From the NCBI RefSeq assembly GCF_009914755.1, contig NC_060931.1: 64,000 nt of DNA; one strand, 5' to 3'. Below the pieces are notes generated by a model, which searched no databases, was not told the DNA's origin, and was given only the letters and a program-made list of their open reading frames with translations. The position numbers and the translations under genes are program-made. The DNA comes from the human T2T-CHM13v2.0 reference genome, Homo sapiens. Below are positions 41,900 to 58,101 of this stretch, one piece after another (the stretch's first letter is position 1; every line of letters starts with the position of its first letter).

Positions 41900-42510
41900 A
41901 CTGTAAAGGCATATGTGACTGAAGACTGAAGGAGATGCCAAAGTTAGTCATGTGATGTATTTTCAAAGGCCCTGAGGCAGCAGTATGTCTGGAGTGTTCA
42001 AGCAACAGCAAAGGAATCTTGGGTGGATAGAACAGAATAAGCCCAGGGGAGAGAAGGGAGGGAGCTTAAAGATCATACAGGGCTTATTGATCACAGTAAG
42101 GATTTCAGCTTTTACTCTGGGTGAAATGGAGAGCTTTGCAAGGTTTTGAACAGAGGAGTGACATGACCAGTCTTAATTTTTACAGGCTGCTGTGTAGCAG
42201 CAGAGAAGCGGAGGAGTCGGTCAGCAGGCTCTTGTATTAATCTTGGCAAGCCACAATGGCAGCTCAGGCCAGAGTGGTAGCAGAGAAGGTGGTGTGAAGT
42301 GATCAGATTCTAGATATATTTTGAAGGCAGGACTAGCAGAATTTGCTAATTAATCAGATATGCAGTACAAGAAAAAAGAGAAGTCAGGGCTGATTCTAAA
42401 TATTTGCCTTGAAAGGGAAGGAGTTTGTGTCAGCTAAGATGTGGAAGTCTGGGGTGAGAGAGGTTTTTTGAGAGAAAATTACGAGTTCAGTTTTGAACAT
42501 GTTACATTTG
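41900..42510 (-). mobile_element. L2 fragment
   Basis: gcaaggttttgaacagaggagtgacatg...gattctagatatattttgaagg...gagttcagttttgaacatgt. Confidence 0.65.
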
Positions 42511-42699
42511 AGAGAGCACCTATTCATTGTTATCTTAAGTAGTGACTTCTTGATCTTTTTGTGGACTATGACAAATGTATACTTTGTTGGGACATTTTGG
42601 GGGATTTGATTAGATCCCTCTTAAAATATAGTTGGTGAGGAACTTCAGGAAGATAAAATCTAATTGATTTCAGAGAAACTGTGACTATAACAGTCTTTG

Positions 42700-44400
42700 C
42701 AGAATACAGAATGTAGTGTCTTGTGTGTTTAATTTATATGTCTATAGATCTCTGCTTCTTCCCTGTTTTACTCAACACTGTTTTTCAATCTGTCCATTTT
42801 TGCTCTATGTACCTCTTGCATCTAGTTTGCAGTTTCTAACTGCTGCATCATATTCCATGTTGTGTTCTTACTCTATTTTACTTAACCTTTCCTCTAGTGA
42901 AGGAACTCCAGGTTTCTTCCAACTTCCTGTTATCCCAGCAGTGCTGCAATGAACATCCTTGTAGACATGTGAGAAACATTCATTAGGCTGTGGGATTATA
43001 TACGTGCTAGATTCCAGTGAGTCCTGCAATTTCACTCTTCAGAATGGCTGCCTATGATTAAATTCTTACGAGCAATACCTGACTATGCCCATGTATCTCA
43101 GTACTAGGCTCTGCTTCAAGCACGTCTATATTTAATATACATATTTATATATTTTAAAAATTTATTACATATAGCTTTTCATGATGTTATTTCATAATTT
43201 AAAAATACTATGTAGTTTTTTTCTTCCTTTTCATTTTGTATTTTATTTGGCTAGTTTTTACTCTTATTTTGCCTGATTAGTCTTGGCAGAGGTTGTCTAT
43301 TTTGCCAGTCTTTTAAAAACAATTAGGTTTAGTTTATTTCCTCAACTTTTTTGTTTTTATTCTGTTTTTTCTTTCCATATTTGTATTATTGTTTCTTCTC
43401 CTCCTCATCCTTCTCCCCCTCTATCCTCTGTGTTTGTTGCCTTTTTACCATTTGATCCTAAGCATTTTTAAATTTCTTTTAAATTTCATTTTACCCTGTA
43501 TAGTATGTTTTACCCCTCGTCATTGATTGATTTTTTTCTTTACATTATGCTTAGAAAGCATACATCATATGATATTGATTTGGGGAGAATTTATGGTCAC
43601 TTCCCCTGAGGCCTAGCATATGGTCAGGTTTAATAAATGTTATATCTGTGTTTGAAGGGAATATAATCCCTGTTGGGTATAAAGATTTGTATGTATTTAC
43701 TAGTTTGAGCTTATAAACCATATTATTCAAATCTCATATATCAGCTTATTTTGTCTCTTTGCTCTATCAGTTTCTAAGAAGAATGTGATAGAATATTCAC
43801 CTCCAACTGTTTATTAATCTGTTTTTTGCATGCTCAGTTATTTGTTCCTTTATATATTTTGAGGTTTTGTTGTTGGGTGCGTTTATGTTGGTGATTATTA
43901 TGACTTACTGATATGTTATTATGAGTATATAATGTCTCTTATATTTATCTTCCTTGAATTTTTTAACATATGTTAAGAATACCTACTCTAACTTATTGTG
44001 ATTCATATTTAACTGGTTTATTGTTGTCTAAATTTTATAATCAAGCTTCCTATAAGTTTTTGATGGATCATTTGGATCTGTAAAATTTTTGATGAATATT
44101 GTCTTTATTCAAATCTGAGGGTTTTATACTTTTGATTGCTATGTTTATCCCATTCGTGTTTATAGAGAGTAACAGAATAATTACTGCTTTTTTTGAGCGT
44201 GTGTGCTGTCTTTCATGTTTTCTATGTCGTACTTTCTCTCCCATTGAAAATATCTTCCACTGATTCAACATTTTAAATTTCTGTTTTATTCTTCTGATAT
44301 TCCCAACTCACTAAGATCCATACTTATATTTATGGTTCTTGATCAGTTACTAAGCCTATCACTATGTCAATATCTATAAATTATTCCCAAATGATAGAAT
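42700..44400 (-). mobile_element. Very old L1M fragments
   Basis: T-rich, with L1M-like phrases (gctgcaatgaacatccttgtagacat, ggcctagcatatggtca...aaatgtt). Confidence 0.5.
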
Positions 44401-46099
44401 TAATTTAGCATATGGTGCCCTGCTTCCCACCCTAAATCAGGAGGCAACCATGGACATTTGTGAACAGCTTTTCCTTCTGTGAGATGTGTGGGGAGCACTG
44501 ATGTCTGAGTTTCTGCTGGGCTGGCAGGGTTGCTTCTGTGAGCAGAAGCCAGTGAAGTTGTTGATTTCTAGGGTAAGCAGAGAGGTGATCACTGGAAACA
44601 GACTTATTTCAGACCTGGGCCACCAGGAACAGAAACCAGAAAACAGGCAAAGCCAGCAATGCATGCGATGACCAGGGAGGACAATGAATTGGGTCTCCTG
44701 GGTTTCCCTTTTAAATAATCAATGCAAAAGCGTTGATCATATCCTTCTTCCTGGACCGCTATCTCTACTGCTTGTTAAGAGCAGATACCCTGGTTAGCCT
44801 TTGCCCTCTCCTTGGGCCTGGGGAAGTTACCTTTGTGACTCAAGAATCCTCAGGTACACAAACCTGCTTTCTGGGACCTCCCACTGAGCCATTTAAATAC
44901 AAGCTTAGGCTCTAGTAGGACATCTTTACTCTTTCACCAGTAAAATCATTACTGCCTAAACAGAGTAAAGATAGTTACCACCGACCTTCCTACCCCTAAA
45001 CACCCATTTCTTTAAATCAGGTGGGCTGTCCTTACAGCTTAATGTATCACTGTCCCATTTTCCACTCTTGATTCATGATTTCTTATTGTTCCATGGAGGG
45101 TCAGGAGGGGCCCTTCTCAAGTTTTCATTGGAGAGATGCTCTCTGCTCCTACTCTGATGGGCTCCTCTGGCATTTAGGTGTGTAGAGGTATTCTCACCCT
45201 CCAATTTTTGCTATATGCAAGTATTTCATTTTATCACCTTGACTGTCCGTGTCCTACCTTTTTTTTTTTTTTTTTTTTTTTGAAGGCATTGTTTTTTGAG
45301 CCCATTGACATTTTATTCTAATTTGGATGGATAGCTGTGGTTTTTTTGTTTTTCTTAAAACTTGGTTCTGCTTCTTTTACTGTGTCTTTCCTCCTTTTTC
45401 TTTTTTTAATTGGAGGAACTTACTTCAGAAGTCTAGTTATCCTTGGCTAAATGTTAACATTTAAAACCAAGCACCAAAAAGCTTTTGGAGGCTGTATGTT
45501 TCTATCTAGGGATGATTGCCTGATAGGGTTTACTTGTGGTTGCCCGGGCAACTGGCTTATCATTTAATCACACACTGCCCTCAAATGTCAGTACCTGGAT
45601 CTTTTTTTCTGTGGTGGTTCATTTCCTCCATGGAAAGATCGTCAGGTCTTTTCCTTGTGGACTATACACCTGACTGCCAGTGTTTCTGGGATCAGGTTGG
45701 GAGACAGAGCTGTGTCGTTCATTATCCAGACTGTCACCTTAATTATTCTGTTGTTAGCACCAGGCCTCGCTCAGTCCCTCACTCTGCCTGATATCCCTGG
45801 TTTCGTGGTTGTCTGAGGTGGGAAGGAGAAACTGGAGTGTCTAGTCACTATGGGTATAGACTTAAACCCAGTCTTGTTCTCTGGCTTCTTCTGTGCCTCA
45901 TGCCTTCAAGTGCTGAGGTCCTCAGGGATTCTGTTTCCTTTTTGTTTGAATCTCTCCCTGAAAGTATTTTAGGAGGTAATGTTGTCCACTCTTTTCATGC
46001 AGTTACCCATATTCCATAAGCTTTACATTGCCTAAAAATTCTTCATAGTGTTCCATCTTCTCTTGACTCTTCTGTTTCTGGTTTTAGCTTTTTTAAGCT

Positions 46100-47405
46100 C
46101 TTCAGGTGGCCAGTTTGGCATTTCAGTTGTAACCTCTTTTCAGTTACTTCCCTCCTGGAACACTCTTTCCTGCTGTCTGGGTCTCTCACTTGTGTAATTT
46201 CTCTTCTGCCTCTCCATCTGCTCCTTCTCCATCTTTTCCCTGGCTCTTCCTGCCTGCAGCTTCTCAGTGCTGGAGGGCTGCAGCCTCTGCCTGGGCCTCC
46301 ATTCTTCCCTGTGACACTCCCTTTCCAGCCGTCTCACTTGGCCATCAATTCTAAATACAGGCTGTAAGGTAATGACTCCTATAGTTGTATTTCCCTCTTC
46401 TCTGTTGAACTCCAGATTTATATTCATTTGCCTACCTGACATCATTACTTAGGTATCTAATAAGTACCTCAAACTCAATATGTCAAAAAAATTGAACTTT
46501 CCAATCATTTATGCCAAATCTGTTTCTTCACTATCTTGGCTATCTTGGTAAGTCACATTACATCTACTTAGTTGCTCACGTGAAAAACCTAGGAGTTATC
46601 CTTGATTCCTCTCTTTGCCTCACCTTTCACATTCAATTAATATGTGCAAGTCCTCATTGGCTTTACTGCCAAAGCATGTACACAGTCTAGTCACTTCTTC
46701 CAACAGCACTGCTGAAATCCTCATTCAGGTTACCACTGTCTTTCATCTCAGCTATGCAGTCGGTCTCCAGACTTCCACTGTCGCCTGTATAGAGTCCATT
46801 CTGATGAAAGTAACTCAAACTACTTTTTTAAAACTCAGATCAGCATTTGTCACTTTTCTGCTGAAAAGCCTTCAGTGATTTACCATTGCCTTTAGAATAG
46901 AATGCAAACTCTGTATGTGGTCTGCGAGGCCTCACATGATCTTGTCCCTGCCTACTCTTCTGAACTCAGCTTATGCTACTCTTTTTCTAACTCACTAGGC
47001 TGGACTCACACTGGATTTCTTTTTGAGTGTGCCAAGCTTGCTTGATCCTTTCTTAGGACCTTTGCACAGGAATAGACTGATCCAGATCCTCACTTGGTTG
47101 GCTCCTTCTTGTCATTTAGGCTGAGCTGGAATAGCACTTTAGAGTGGACCTTCCATGATACCCAGTTGAAGGAGCACTATGCACAAACACTCATGTGCAC
47201 ACACACACTATTTTTTTCTTATCTATTTTTCTTATTTTTTAATTGCCCCTTCACTTTTGAAATTACTTATTTGTTTATTTACTTATTTATTGTCTGTATT
47301 CCCCACCTCCATTACAAAATAAATTCTACAAAGGCAGGAACTTCATCTTCCATGGCACTTGATAGATAGGCACTCAATTAATTTTTGTGGAATGAATGGA
47401 TGGAT
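46100..47405 (+). mobile_element. L2 3' region
   Basis: ctccagatttatattcatttgcctacctgacatc...aaacctaggagttatccttgattcctc... ending tgaatggatggatgg. Confidence 0.75.
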
Positions 47406-47487
47406 GGCTGAATGCCTGTATGGGGAGTAGAGGGGTACACTTTCCACCCCAAATCCTCGTAAAACTCAAGATAAGAGGACTTGACTA

Positions 47488-48014
<527 letters not shown>

Positions 48015-48759
48015 TTAATTACATAAGGCTACTGTCCCACAACCCACTCCTGCTTTCTGTCTCTGCCAACTCCAAATTTGGAACCTCTGTGAGGCTCTTC
48101 TCAGAACAGCTATAGCTTCCTCTGCTGTGGCTTAATCATGTCCCACTTAACAGTTTATCTTGGAGGAAATTGTTAAAATCTCTTGACTCTGCCAGCCATT
48201 CCTCCCACCTGCTTTCCTGTTTTCATTACAGGTATAGATTTCTCTCCTTCGACACCATTTTCTAATAATTTCAATAGGTTTTGTTGCAGGGGAGAGGAGT
48301 AGCTAGGTTTGTTCAGTCTTCCATCTACATTTGTAAGTCTTTTGCCTGAGTCCTTTTACTGCTGTGATATGGGCTGTATAGAGCCTTCACAAGTGGATCC
48401 AGAGTTTATGCATTAATAAATAACTCCATCTGGTGTTCTCATACATCACTGATTTTAGGGAGATAATTTTTTTAGATCTTTTGCTGAAGAGTCAAAGGTC
48501 ATTTTATGCTGCTGCTTCAGAGTACAACACATGTCTGTCTCAGAGAGAGAGAGAGGGAAATGCTCACTCCTGTCTTGTATAGTTTCCTGTTTCAACCTTG
48601 CCTTCTATTTTTCGGTAATGGAGAGACACAGTTCAAATGTTCTGGGTTTAATTTAGTGGGTCCCGGTAGAATAACCCCAAGTGGATTGTGGGTTCAATTT
48701 GTGAGATTTAAGAGGTAGAGTTGAGAGAAGTTGGAGACTAGGTAAGTTTTTGCTTGCTT

Positions 48760-51700
48760 TTATTTTCAGGGTGGTTGGTGTTGTATGAGGAAGAGACTAA
48801 GAAAGATAAGTCATAGATAACGTCTGGATTTCTTGCCTGGGAAACTGGGCAGAAAACATCATCATCATGGGGACTGAGATTGTAGTCTAAGTAGCTGGTT
48901 TATGGATGGGTGGGCAGGAGGAATGATTTCAGCTTTAGATCTGCTAAACCTATGGGTCATCCAAATGGAAATATTTAGAAGACAGTGGGATATACAGACC
49001 CTGAGCTTATGAGAGAGATATGGGCTAGAGGAAGTTCTGGGAAGGATCAGCATGGGAGGTGATTTAGATAGTGAGTGAAGATGAGATTATGGAGGAAAAA
49101 GTGAGTAGAGTAAAAAAGAAGAGGAGGGAGAAGTGCAGGATCAATCAGTCAAAGGATACTTAAAAGAAGTGGCCAGAGAAGTAGGAAAAAAGTTTAGGAC
49201 ACTGTTGTGTCATGAAATCCATAGCAACAGAACATCTTAGAGGGAGGAAATGGTCAACAGTATTAAATGCTACAGAGAAAAATGTATATATGATCTGAGC
49301 AATTCTTAGTCCAGTACTTGTCACACAATTACTCAGTAAATATTTGTTGTGGAGAAAACTATTTGTTACCTTTTACTTCAAAGAGGTGGTTGGCAATTTG
49401 GCAAAAGCAAGATCAGTAGAATGTAAAGTGTATAAAATAGATTCAATTGTGTTATCTCCCGAATGTGAGGTAAGATGTCTACTGGAGTAGTAGAACTCTT
49501 GCAATAAGCTTAGATGGAAAAGGAAAAGAGAGGTGATGATACCTAGAAGGGAACCTGTAAGCAGTAGAAGACCTGAGCATGTGCCAGTGTGGATGGGAAA
49601 ATACTGAAAAGCAAGGGAGAAATTAAACATGCATATGAAAGAGAGGGGATCACTGATAGAATGAAGTCCTGAGGAGTGCAGCGTGATGAATTACAGAGCA
49701 TAGGAGGGGAGGATTAACTAAAGGAGTACTACGGAATGAATGTTTGTATTCTCCCCAAATTCATATGCCAAAGCTCCTCTCCCCACTGTGATGGCATCTA
49801 AAGACGGTGCCGTTTGGGAGCTAATTAGGTCATGAGGGTAGAGCCCTTACAGATAAGACCAGTGCCCTTATAAGAAAAGACAGGAGAGGATCTGTTTGTG
49901 CCATGTAAGGATACAGCAAGAAGGTGCTCCTCTGCAAACCAGGAAGAGGGCCCTCACCGGAAGCCAAATCTGCCAGGACCTGGATCTTGGACCTCCCAGC
50001 CTCCAGAACTGTGAGAAATAGATTTCTGTTGTTTAAGATGCACAGTCTGTGACATTCTGTGATAGCAGACTGAGCAGACTAAGACAAAGAGGATTCCCTG
50101 TGTGGCTGACAGGGCTAGGAAGATGGATCTGGATGCAGGTGGGGCCTGCAGAGGAGGGATATGGTAGAGGTGCAGAGTGACAGGGTTCCTGCCTGCTGAC
50201 TTTTGTTTACTTGATTAGATAGAAGACAGGGTCATCTGCTGGGAGTTAACTGAAAGGAGGTGAGTTAAGAGTATTAAGGGAGTGGTGGAATTTGCAGGAA
50301 AGAAGTCAGCAGAGAGGTAAATCCTGGAGGTTTACTGGGTAGTTTTGGCTTGATAGAGGTCAGAGATCAATATACTTTAGTTGTTCCTCTATACCTCATA
50401 GTTGTGCCCTTTGGCCTGAATGTTGGAGCAGAAATGATAGACATCTGGGTTGATCTAGGGTGAGGGTGTTGCTATGTGAGTGGAATGAAAAGATGTGAGG
50501 AAGTCAGGAACTTGAGGAATTGGCAAGGAAATGGAAAGGTGATGGGCCGTGGGCTCTAGGTTGGAGAAGGGAGGAAGGGGAGGGAGTGTAAGAAGGGATG
50601 ATGGATTCATTCTTTTTTAAAAGCAAGCATCTATAGAATGCCTCACACCAGGACAGACAACATCCCTACCAGCATGGGGAGGGGAGACATGAATGATAAA
50701 GGCAGTTAAAGATAATGATAGGTGCTATAAAGAAACTAAACAGGCTGTCATGGTAGGTAACAGGAGGGCCTAATTTAGATAAGTGCTCAGGAAGGGCCTC
50801 TCTAAGAGGTCATATTTTTGCTGAGATCTAAAGGGTGAGAGGGAGCCAGCCACATGAAGATCTGGTCAGAGGAAGAACTAATGCACAGGTCCTGAAGCTG
50901 GGAAGAGTTTAGCAAGAATGGAAAGGAGGCTAAGGTGACTAAAGGGAAGGTCAGAATGAGATGAATTTGAAAAGGCAGGGAGCAGCCATGTCATTTAGGG
51001 CTTTGTAGTTGTGTAAGGCATTTAGATTTCATTGTAAGTACAATGGGAAGCTTTTGAAATGTATACAACAGAGGAGGGATGAGATCTTACTAAGCTACAT
51101 TGTCAAGAATGGAGAGCAGGAATGGAGGCAGGAGGCCAGTCAAGAGGTCGTGATAGTATACCAAGCAAGAGCTGAAGAGGGTTTGGATTTGGGAGTGGCA
51201 GTGAAGAAGTGGTTGGATTTGAGATATATTTGGACATATGTATCTCAACGCCCTACCCTTGGTTCATAGGCCTCCCCTTGGTTTAAACCATCATCTCTCA
51301 CTTGGAGTATACTAACAGCCTTCCCTTTTAACTGGTCTTTCTGCTTCTACTCTTAATTCTATCTCCACATAGCAGAGAATGAAGCCATTGAAAGCATATG
51401 TAAGATAATGTTACATTTGACTTCCAACTCTCCAGGGACCTCTCATCTCACTCAGAGTTTAAACTCTAAAAGTGGCCTACAAGGCTGTCCACAGCCCAGC
51501 TGCTGTGTTCACTATGCTCCAGCCATGCTGGCCTTCTTGCATTTGTTGAATACACCACTCATTCCCACCTCAGAAACTTTACACTGCTGGAAGCTTTCCC
51601 CAGCATGCTTCTCTTCCAGACATTCTCATGACTTGCTCTGTTACCAGTTTCTGTTTATGTGTCACCTTGCAATCCTACCTTCCCTGATTGCTATATTTAA

Positions 51701-53150
51701 AAATCACATCTGCCTGTGCTGTACCAACATTCACGAACCCATTTCCCTGCTTTACTTATTCTCCTCAAAATTTATCATGATCTGACAGTCTATGGATTTT
51801 ATTTATTTGCTTATTTTCCATTTTTCCTTTCCCCAGAATGCTATTTTCATGAGGACAAGAATTTTTTATGCCTATTACTGTATCCCAGTACAATAGTGCC
51901 TGATACACAGTAACTACTCAGTAACTATTTGTAAAATGAATCGAATAGATTGGCTGTGGAAAAAAAGAAATGGTATAATCAAGGAAAGTTAAAAGTGCAC
52001 AGCTTTTTAGCCTAATCAACTTGGTGGTGGTCATACCATTTACTGAAAGAAGGATGACTAGGAGAGGGACGGGTTTTAAATGGTACAGTGGGCATTGTGC
52101 TTGTGTCATGTAGAGTTTCAGATACCTATTATAGCTCCAGGTAGGTATTGCAGGAAGGAAATTGGATGGAGGCCTGGAACTCAGAGGTGAGGAGTTTGGG
52201 AGTTATCAACATATACAGGATTTAAAGCCATGATGTTGAATAGGATCATGTATGTGGAGAGATAGAGAAGAGGGAAGATTAAGAAGTGAGTCCCAGTGGT
52301 CTCCAACATTGACAGAGGAGAAGCATCCAGTGGCTTCTGAGCAGGAGCAGCTGGAAAGGCAAGAGTAAAACCAGGAAAGTGTGTTAACATGGGGGCTTAA
52401 AGAAAAAAGAATTTTTACAGAAATGAGAGTGGCCCAAGAAAGATAAGAACAAAAAAGTAGAGAGGACAAGGCACTGGTGGTCTCAGTGAAATTACAGAGG
52501 AAGTTTAGTGGGAGTAATGGTGTGAGATAACCGGAGAGCAGTATGTTATGGTCAGAGCATTGCACAGTTGAATTTTAAAGGAACATATCTAGATAACGTC
52601 AAGGTCTGGAATTTGACTATGGAGTCTTCTTATTTTGAGAAGGTAAAACACTAAGAGTCTAGGTTACCAGATGGGATGTTCACATAGACTGAAATTATCT
52701 TTGTGGAGGGTAAGGCTTAAGGTCAAGAGTAAGAATATGTAGCCAGATACCAAAATCTTCAGTGTATGCGGGTCTGTTACTTGGTAGAATACATGGTAAG
52801 AGAATGCTGGCAGGTGCTGGAAACATGATGGCATGAGCTTCTGAGGGGCAAGAACTGCTGCCCAAGGGCTGAGCATTAATGATCTGGATGCACTTTGGGC
52901 AACGAGGAGAAGCCAGCCCTACATCCTGCCTCATAGACAAAAGTTTTTTGGGGTAACTCAACAGCTGCAAAAGAAGCAGTGAACTCAGGCTGGTTTCTGT
53001 AAATAGCATGTGGACGTGTTGGGGAATGTGTGTTTCATGGACTCAGATTCCAGGAGGGTTCAGTGGAAAGACTTGGGGAGCAAAGAGAATGTTAGAAGGC
53101 AAAGTGAAGAGCAGTGTGTAGATGAATGTCAGAGGTTGGAGTACCAACCT
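48760..53150. mobile_element. Cluster of L2 fragments, mostly minus strand (plus-strand piece ~51260-51945), including an L2 endonuclease relic at ~52600-53050
   Basis: L2 phrases throughout. Minus-strand peptides TETSLS, EAHAI, EDFGIWL and DNFS resemble the L2 APE domain. Confidence 0.65.
49727..50086 (+). mobile_element. MLT1A-type solo LTR inserted in L2
   Basis: gaatgtttgtattctccccaaattcatatg...cccttataaga...cagcctccagaactgtgagaaata...gactaagaca. Confidence 0.85.
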
Positions 53151-55370
53151 TCTGCCTATTGCCATAGAAGAATCTTCTATAATAGTTAACTTTCAGCATG
53201 ACCCTGTCATGAGATGCCTGCCAGCATGAATATTTGTTAACTGTGCCCCAGATAACCATATGCATTAATCTACTGAATAGAATTATTTACTATTACCCAT
53301 GTGAATGTGGAAGGATGCCTGCCAAACACAATGATAGTGGTTTTGGCATAAAAAGTCCTTTCTGACAGTAATTGTTGGCCAGTGTGGTTAGCTGCTTGTT
53401 GAGGCCACTCTTGGCACAGGAGAGCAGTGCCATGTCATCACAGAGGGGGAGGAATGCTTATCGCCCTCTGTCTGTGGGCCTGCTTCCAAGCCATTCAAAA
53501 TATGCATCAAATTGCTCGGGTTTGTTCATGATCTCCGGGCTAGGACACAGCCCTGTTTTAAGCTGTTTAAGATGAGAAAGAAATGTTTTACTCAGAGTTA
53601 CCCATCAGTTTTGAGGAGGTTATAAATCGTTCTTTTCCCCAAGACAGCATGAGACCAGCTTCTTTCCTGCCCTCCTCCCCAACAACCTCACTCTGGGGTT
53701 TGTGAAACTGCAGTTTGCCATAGAGTTTAGAGTACAGAAATTTCCTCCCTAATAACATAGATAAAACAGTGGTGCTGTCAGACCTTTGATTTTGGAAAGT
53801 TCTTAGATGTCTTAAAGTTAGGTAAAGAATTGTCACTGAGGCAGGTAGAAGTGGAGGACAATCTTTGAAGATTTCCAAGTTTTGACCAGATTTGCTTGTT
53901 GTTTTTATCTGATTGAGAAACAAACGGAAAAGGAAGTTTTACACTGAAAACATTTTTGTTGGGCTGTGCATAAATGCAAAGCTTGTCTCATTCATTTTAA
54001 TTTTTAAGGAAAAGCTTCCTCTTTGGACTAAACGGATCACAGTTTTGACAGGAAAAGTAGATAATTATTTAGATAACCTTCCAGCCCTTTGAGTCTTTGG
54101 GAGATACAAAACTCTCATTGGAAGATCATCAGCATGCCTGCAACTGTTACTTCTCTTTAGTTCTCAATGATGGATGCATTTACTTAATGCGCTCAGTTCA
54201 GTGAAGAACTTGTTAACTGGTGAACTAGTGAACATGCGGATCATATATTGACCATATTACTTTTCAATGGATGCAGCTTAATATTTAGATTAGTTGTGAA
54301 AAATGACATTTTCTACTAGTGTATGTTTAGGCCTCTCAGGACTCAGTACTGCATTTTATACTGATCTGTATAAATGGAACTCTCGTGGGCCTCTGAGGAC
54401 TCTGGTAAACAATTCATTCTTCTGTTCATGGCCCTTAGTGTCAGTAAAAATTACTGGCAAAATAATAACCATGCATTATACAGTGTCTTTTCTATTTTCT
54501 ATTTATGCCTTTATTTGAAACTATAATTAAATAATGTCAAACTTGCAACTATAACAAAATAGTATCTGCTCTTTGAATATGATACAGGCCAAATTCTATA
54601 AACTTTAATTAGCCCAAGCTTGTATTGACCTCAGTAGGAATCTGGCTGGCTGAGGATCTCTTTTAGTTACCTCTGCCTTAAAGTATGTAAGAATTTTCCC
54701 ATTGCCTTTCTCACTCAAGGAACAATACATGCATAGCTGAACTAATAAAATGCTTAAATAGATACAAATCAAACTTGAAAGGTTTAAACTGTTGTTTTCA
54801 TCCTGTAAGTCAGCTGAGAAAAAGCATACAGACCGTAGTTCTAAATTATGTCCATAGAGTATTTCAAATCCAGTGAATTAACTCTGCCTTTTTTTCCCAT
54901 TTGAGCTCATAAATGTTAACCTCAGAAGTGCCTCAGATTCTTCCATTGAAATAAACTTGAACTGACAATAGCCAGATGATGTAAAATTGAAACTGAAATT
55001 CTATCCTTGGCCCATCCCATGTTCTTCCCCATAGGTATTAGAGGACTCACAGGAGAGTTAGCGTTTTCACTCTATTTGAGCTGTAATATTTGGGCAAAAC
55101 AGGGCATATAAATTTCTTGCTGCCAGGAGAAAGCAATTACCAGTGTGGAGAAGATAGCGGGCAATAAATAAACAGAACTATGCTAGATAGTGAGCATGTT
55201 TAAAGATTTATTTAGAATGACTTAGCTGATAGAAAACAGGCCTTTATCATATGCTTTCATTCAAAGCTTGATATGGGGACTGTGGTCTTTTTGTAATAGA
55301 AAGGCTAATTATGTTACCAAGTATTTATTTGGTACATTATTTTAAAATAAATAAATCGAGTTATGTTCTA

Positions 55371-55973
<603 letters not shown>

Positions 55974-56249
55974 CTATATCTGTGTCAACATTATTTATGG
56001 ATAATGACTCCCTATGTGTCTGTGTGGGATCTCTACATGTAGTGGGAGCTAGGTGTTATCCCCGTCTTACTGATGAGGAAAATGAGCTCACCTGGTGCTA
56101 AGAAACTTCACTTTCCCTGGGTATCAACCCAGATCTATCTGATTGCAAAAGTGGTGCTGCTCTTGACTTCTATAATGTGCCCTCTCTCCCGTGACAATCC
56201 CTTTCATCTCTCTCTCTCTGTCTCCCATCCATCCATCCATATACACATC

Positions 56250-56345
56250 CCTCACAAATATGAGTTTGTGCATATGTATATATTACATATACACATACAT
56301 ATACTTGTGTGTGTGTGTATATATATATATATACATATATGTATT
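56250..56345. repeat. (TA)/(CA)/(TG) microsatellite mix
   Basis: catatgtatatattacatatacacatacatatacttgtgtgtgtgtgtatatatatatat. Confidence 0.85.
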
Positions 56346-57184
56346 TATTCTCTTTTATTTTGAAAACAATGTGCCAGAGAGTCATGGATGTGGTTTTAGA
56401 GAAGAAGCAAGAAGGAATTTTTGTGACCCCAAAATTTTATTAGGTAGTCTTATCTAGCCTAATCCCAACCCCAACACTAAGGGTTAGACAGGGAAGGGAC
56501 TTACCTTATAGTTAATGTAACTCTGAGGCATTCTTCAGGATAAAATAGTAATTCTTAAAGTTCCTTACACCATATCTGTCAGTGAACCTACTCTCTAAAA
56601 CTCATGGAGAATTAAGAAGTGGGACTCCAGCTGTGGTTCATGTGGGATTAGCAGTTATTATCTTGATATTATTATAGAATTCAAGTACAGAGTATTAAAA
56701 TCTATTAGATCAAATTATTTTAGGGGAAAATTATCTAAATATTGTTCAATCAAGGACACTGTTGTTTTTTTTTTTTTAAATGCCAACACCACCATAAATA
56801 GCTACAGAGCCAAACCCCTGAAGGGAAGAAATAATTTTGCCTCAAAAGGCATTTAGAAAATAAGAAAACAAATCAAGGTCTGATGAAAATTCAACTCTTT
56901 ATGACTTGAAGAATTACATATGAAAAGTACATGTCACAAACACCCTATTTTTGAGGAAGAAACTTTTAAAATATAAAAATGTATGCAGAATATTGTGTAA
57001 AAATCATAGTTGCACTGCTTAGAATTTAAAATAAGTAATAATACATAGTAACAAATTAATTAGTTAAAATTTTTGCATTTTTTCCCTTCACCTTCTTTTC
57101 TTTTATTTATTTTTTTGTTCTTTTTTCACCTTCTTTTCTTACAAGAAATAAAATAATATAGATAAAGCTGTGGCCCTCATCTGA

Positions 57185-57589
<405 letters not shown>

Positions 57590-58101
57590 TAATATAGCCC
57601 ATAAACTATATATTGTATTGTTTTGTGTGCATTTTTGGATTTAATTATATCATATCAGATTTTAGAACAGATATAGTGTACTTATTCGCTGAAAACTACT
57701 TGATTTTGGTGACTTGTATATGCAGTTGATCTCAGCCTTATGTGTTCATCTTATCTTTCTGACTACTGGGGTTCTAAGTATAATTTGCTCTCATTTTTAT
57801 GAATTGCCTTTAAGAATAACAATCATTTGCCACTTTTTGTGAGAATAAAAAATTACTGATTATCTTTTATGTGACAGGTGGGTTCAGTCTTAATGAACTC
57901 TGTGTCCTGATGCCTAGCATATGGCAAGGATTTCATATTTGTTAATGTTTACTGAATGAATGATTAATGTTTACTGAATGAATAATCCTTTTAGATAGGG
58001 GGAAAAAATAAAACTGCTTGATTTTTGTCCACATTAAGATATCTTAAGTTCTAACCCATTTCTTTTTTCTGCTGAATAGCATTTTGTCATATAAGTATAC
58101 C

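Noticed and set aside
44410-44920. GC-richer block, possibly an LTR or pseudogene
   Set aside because: I could not assign a family or a recognisable protein by eye.
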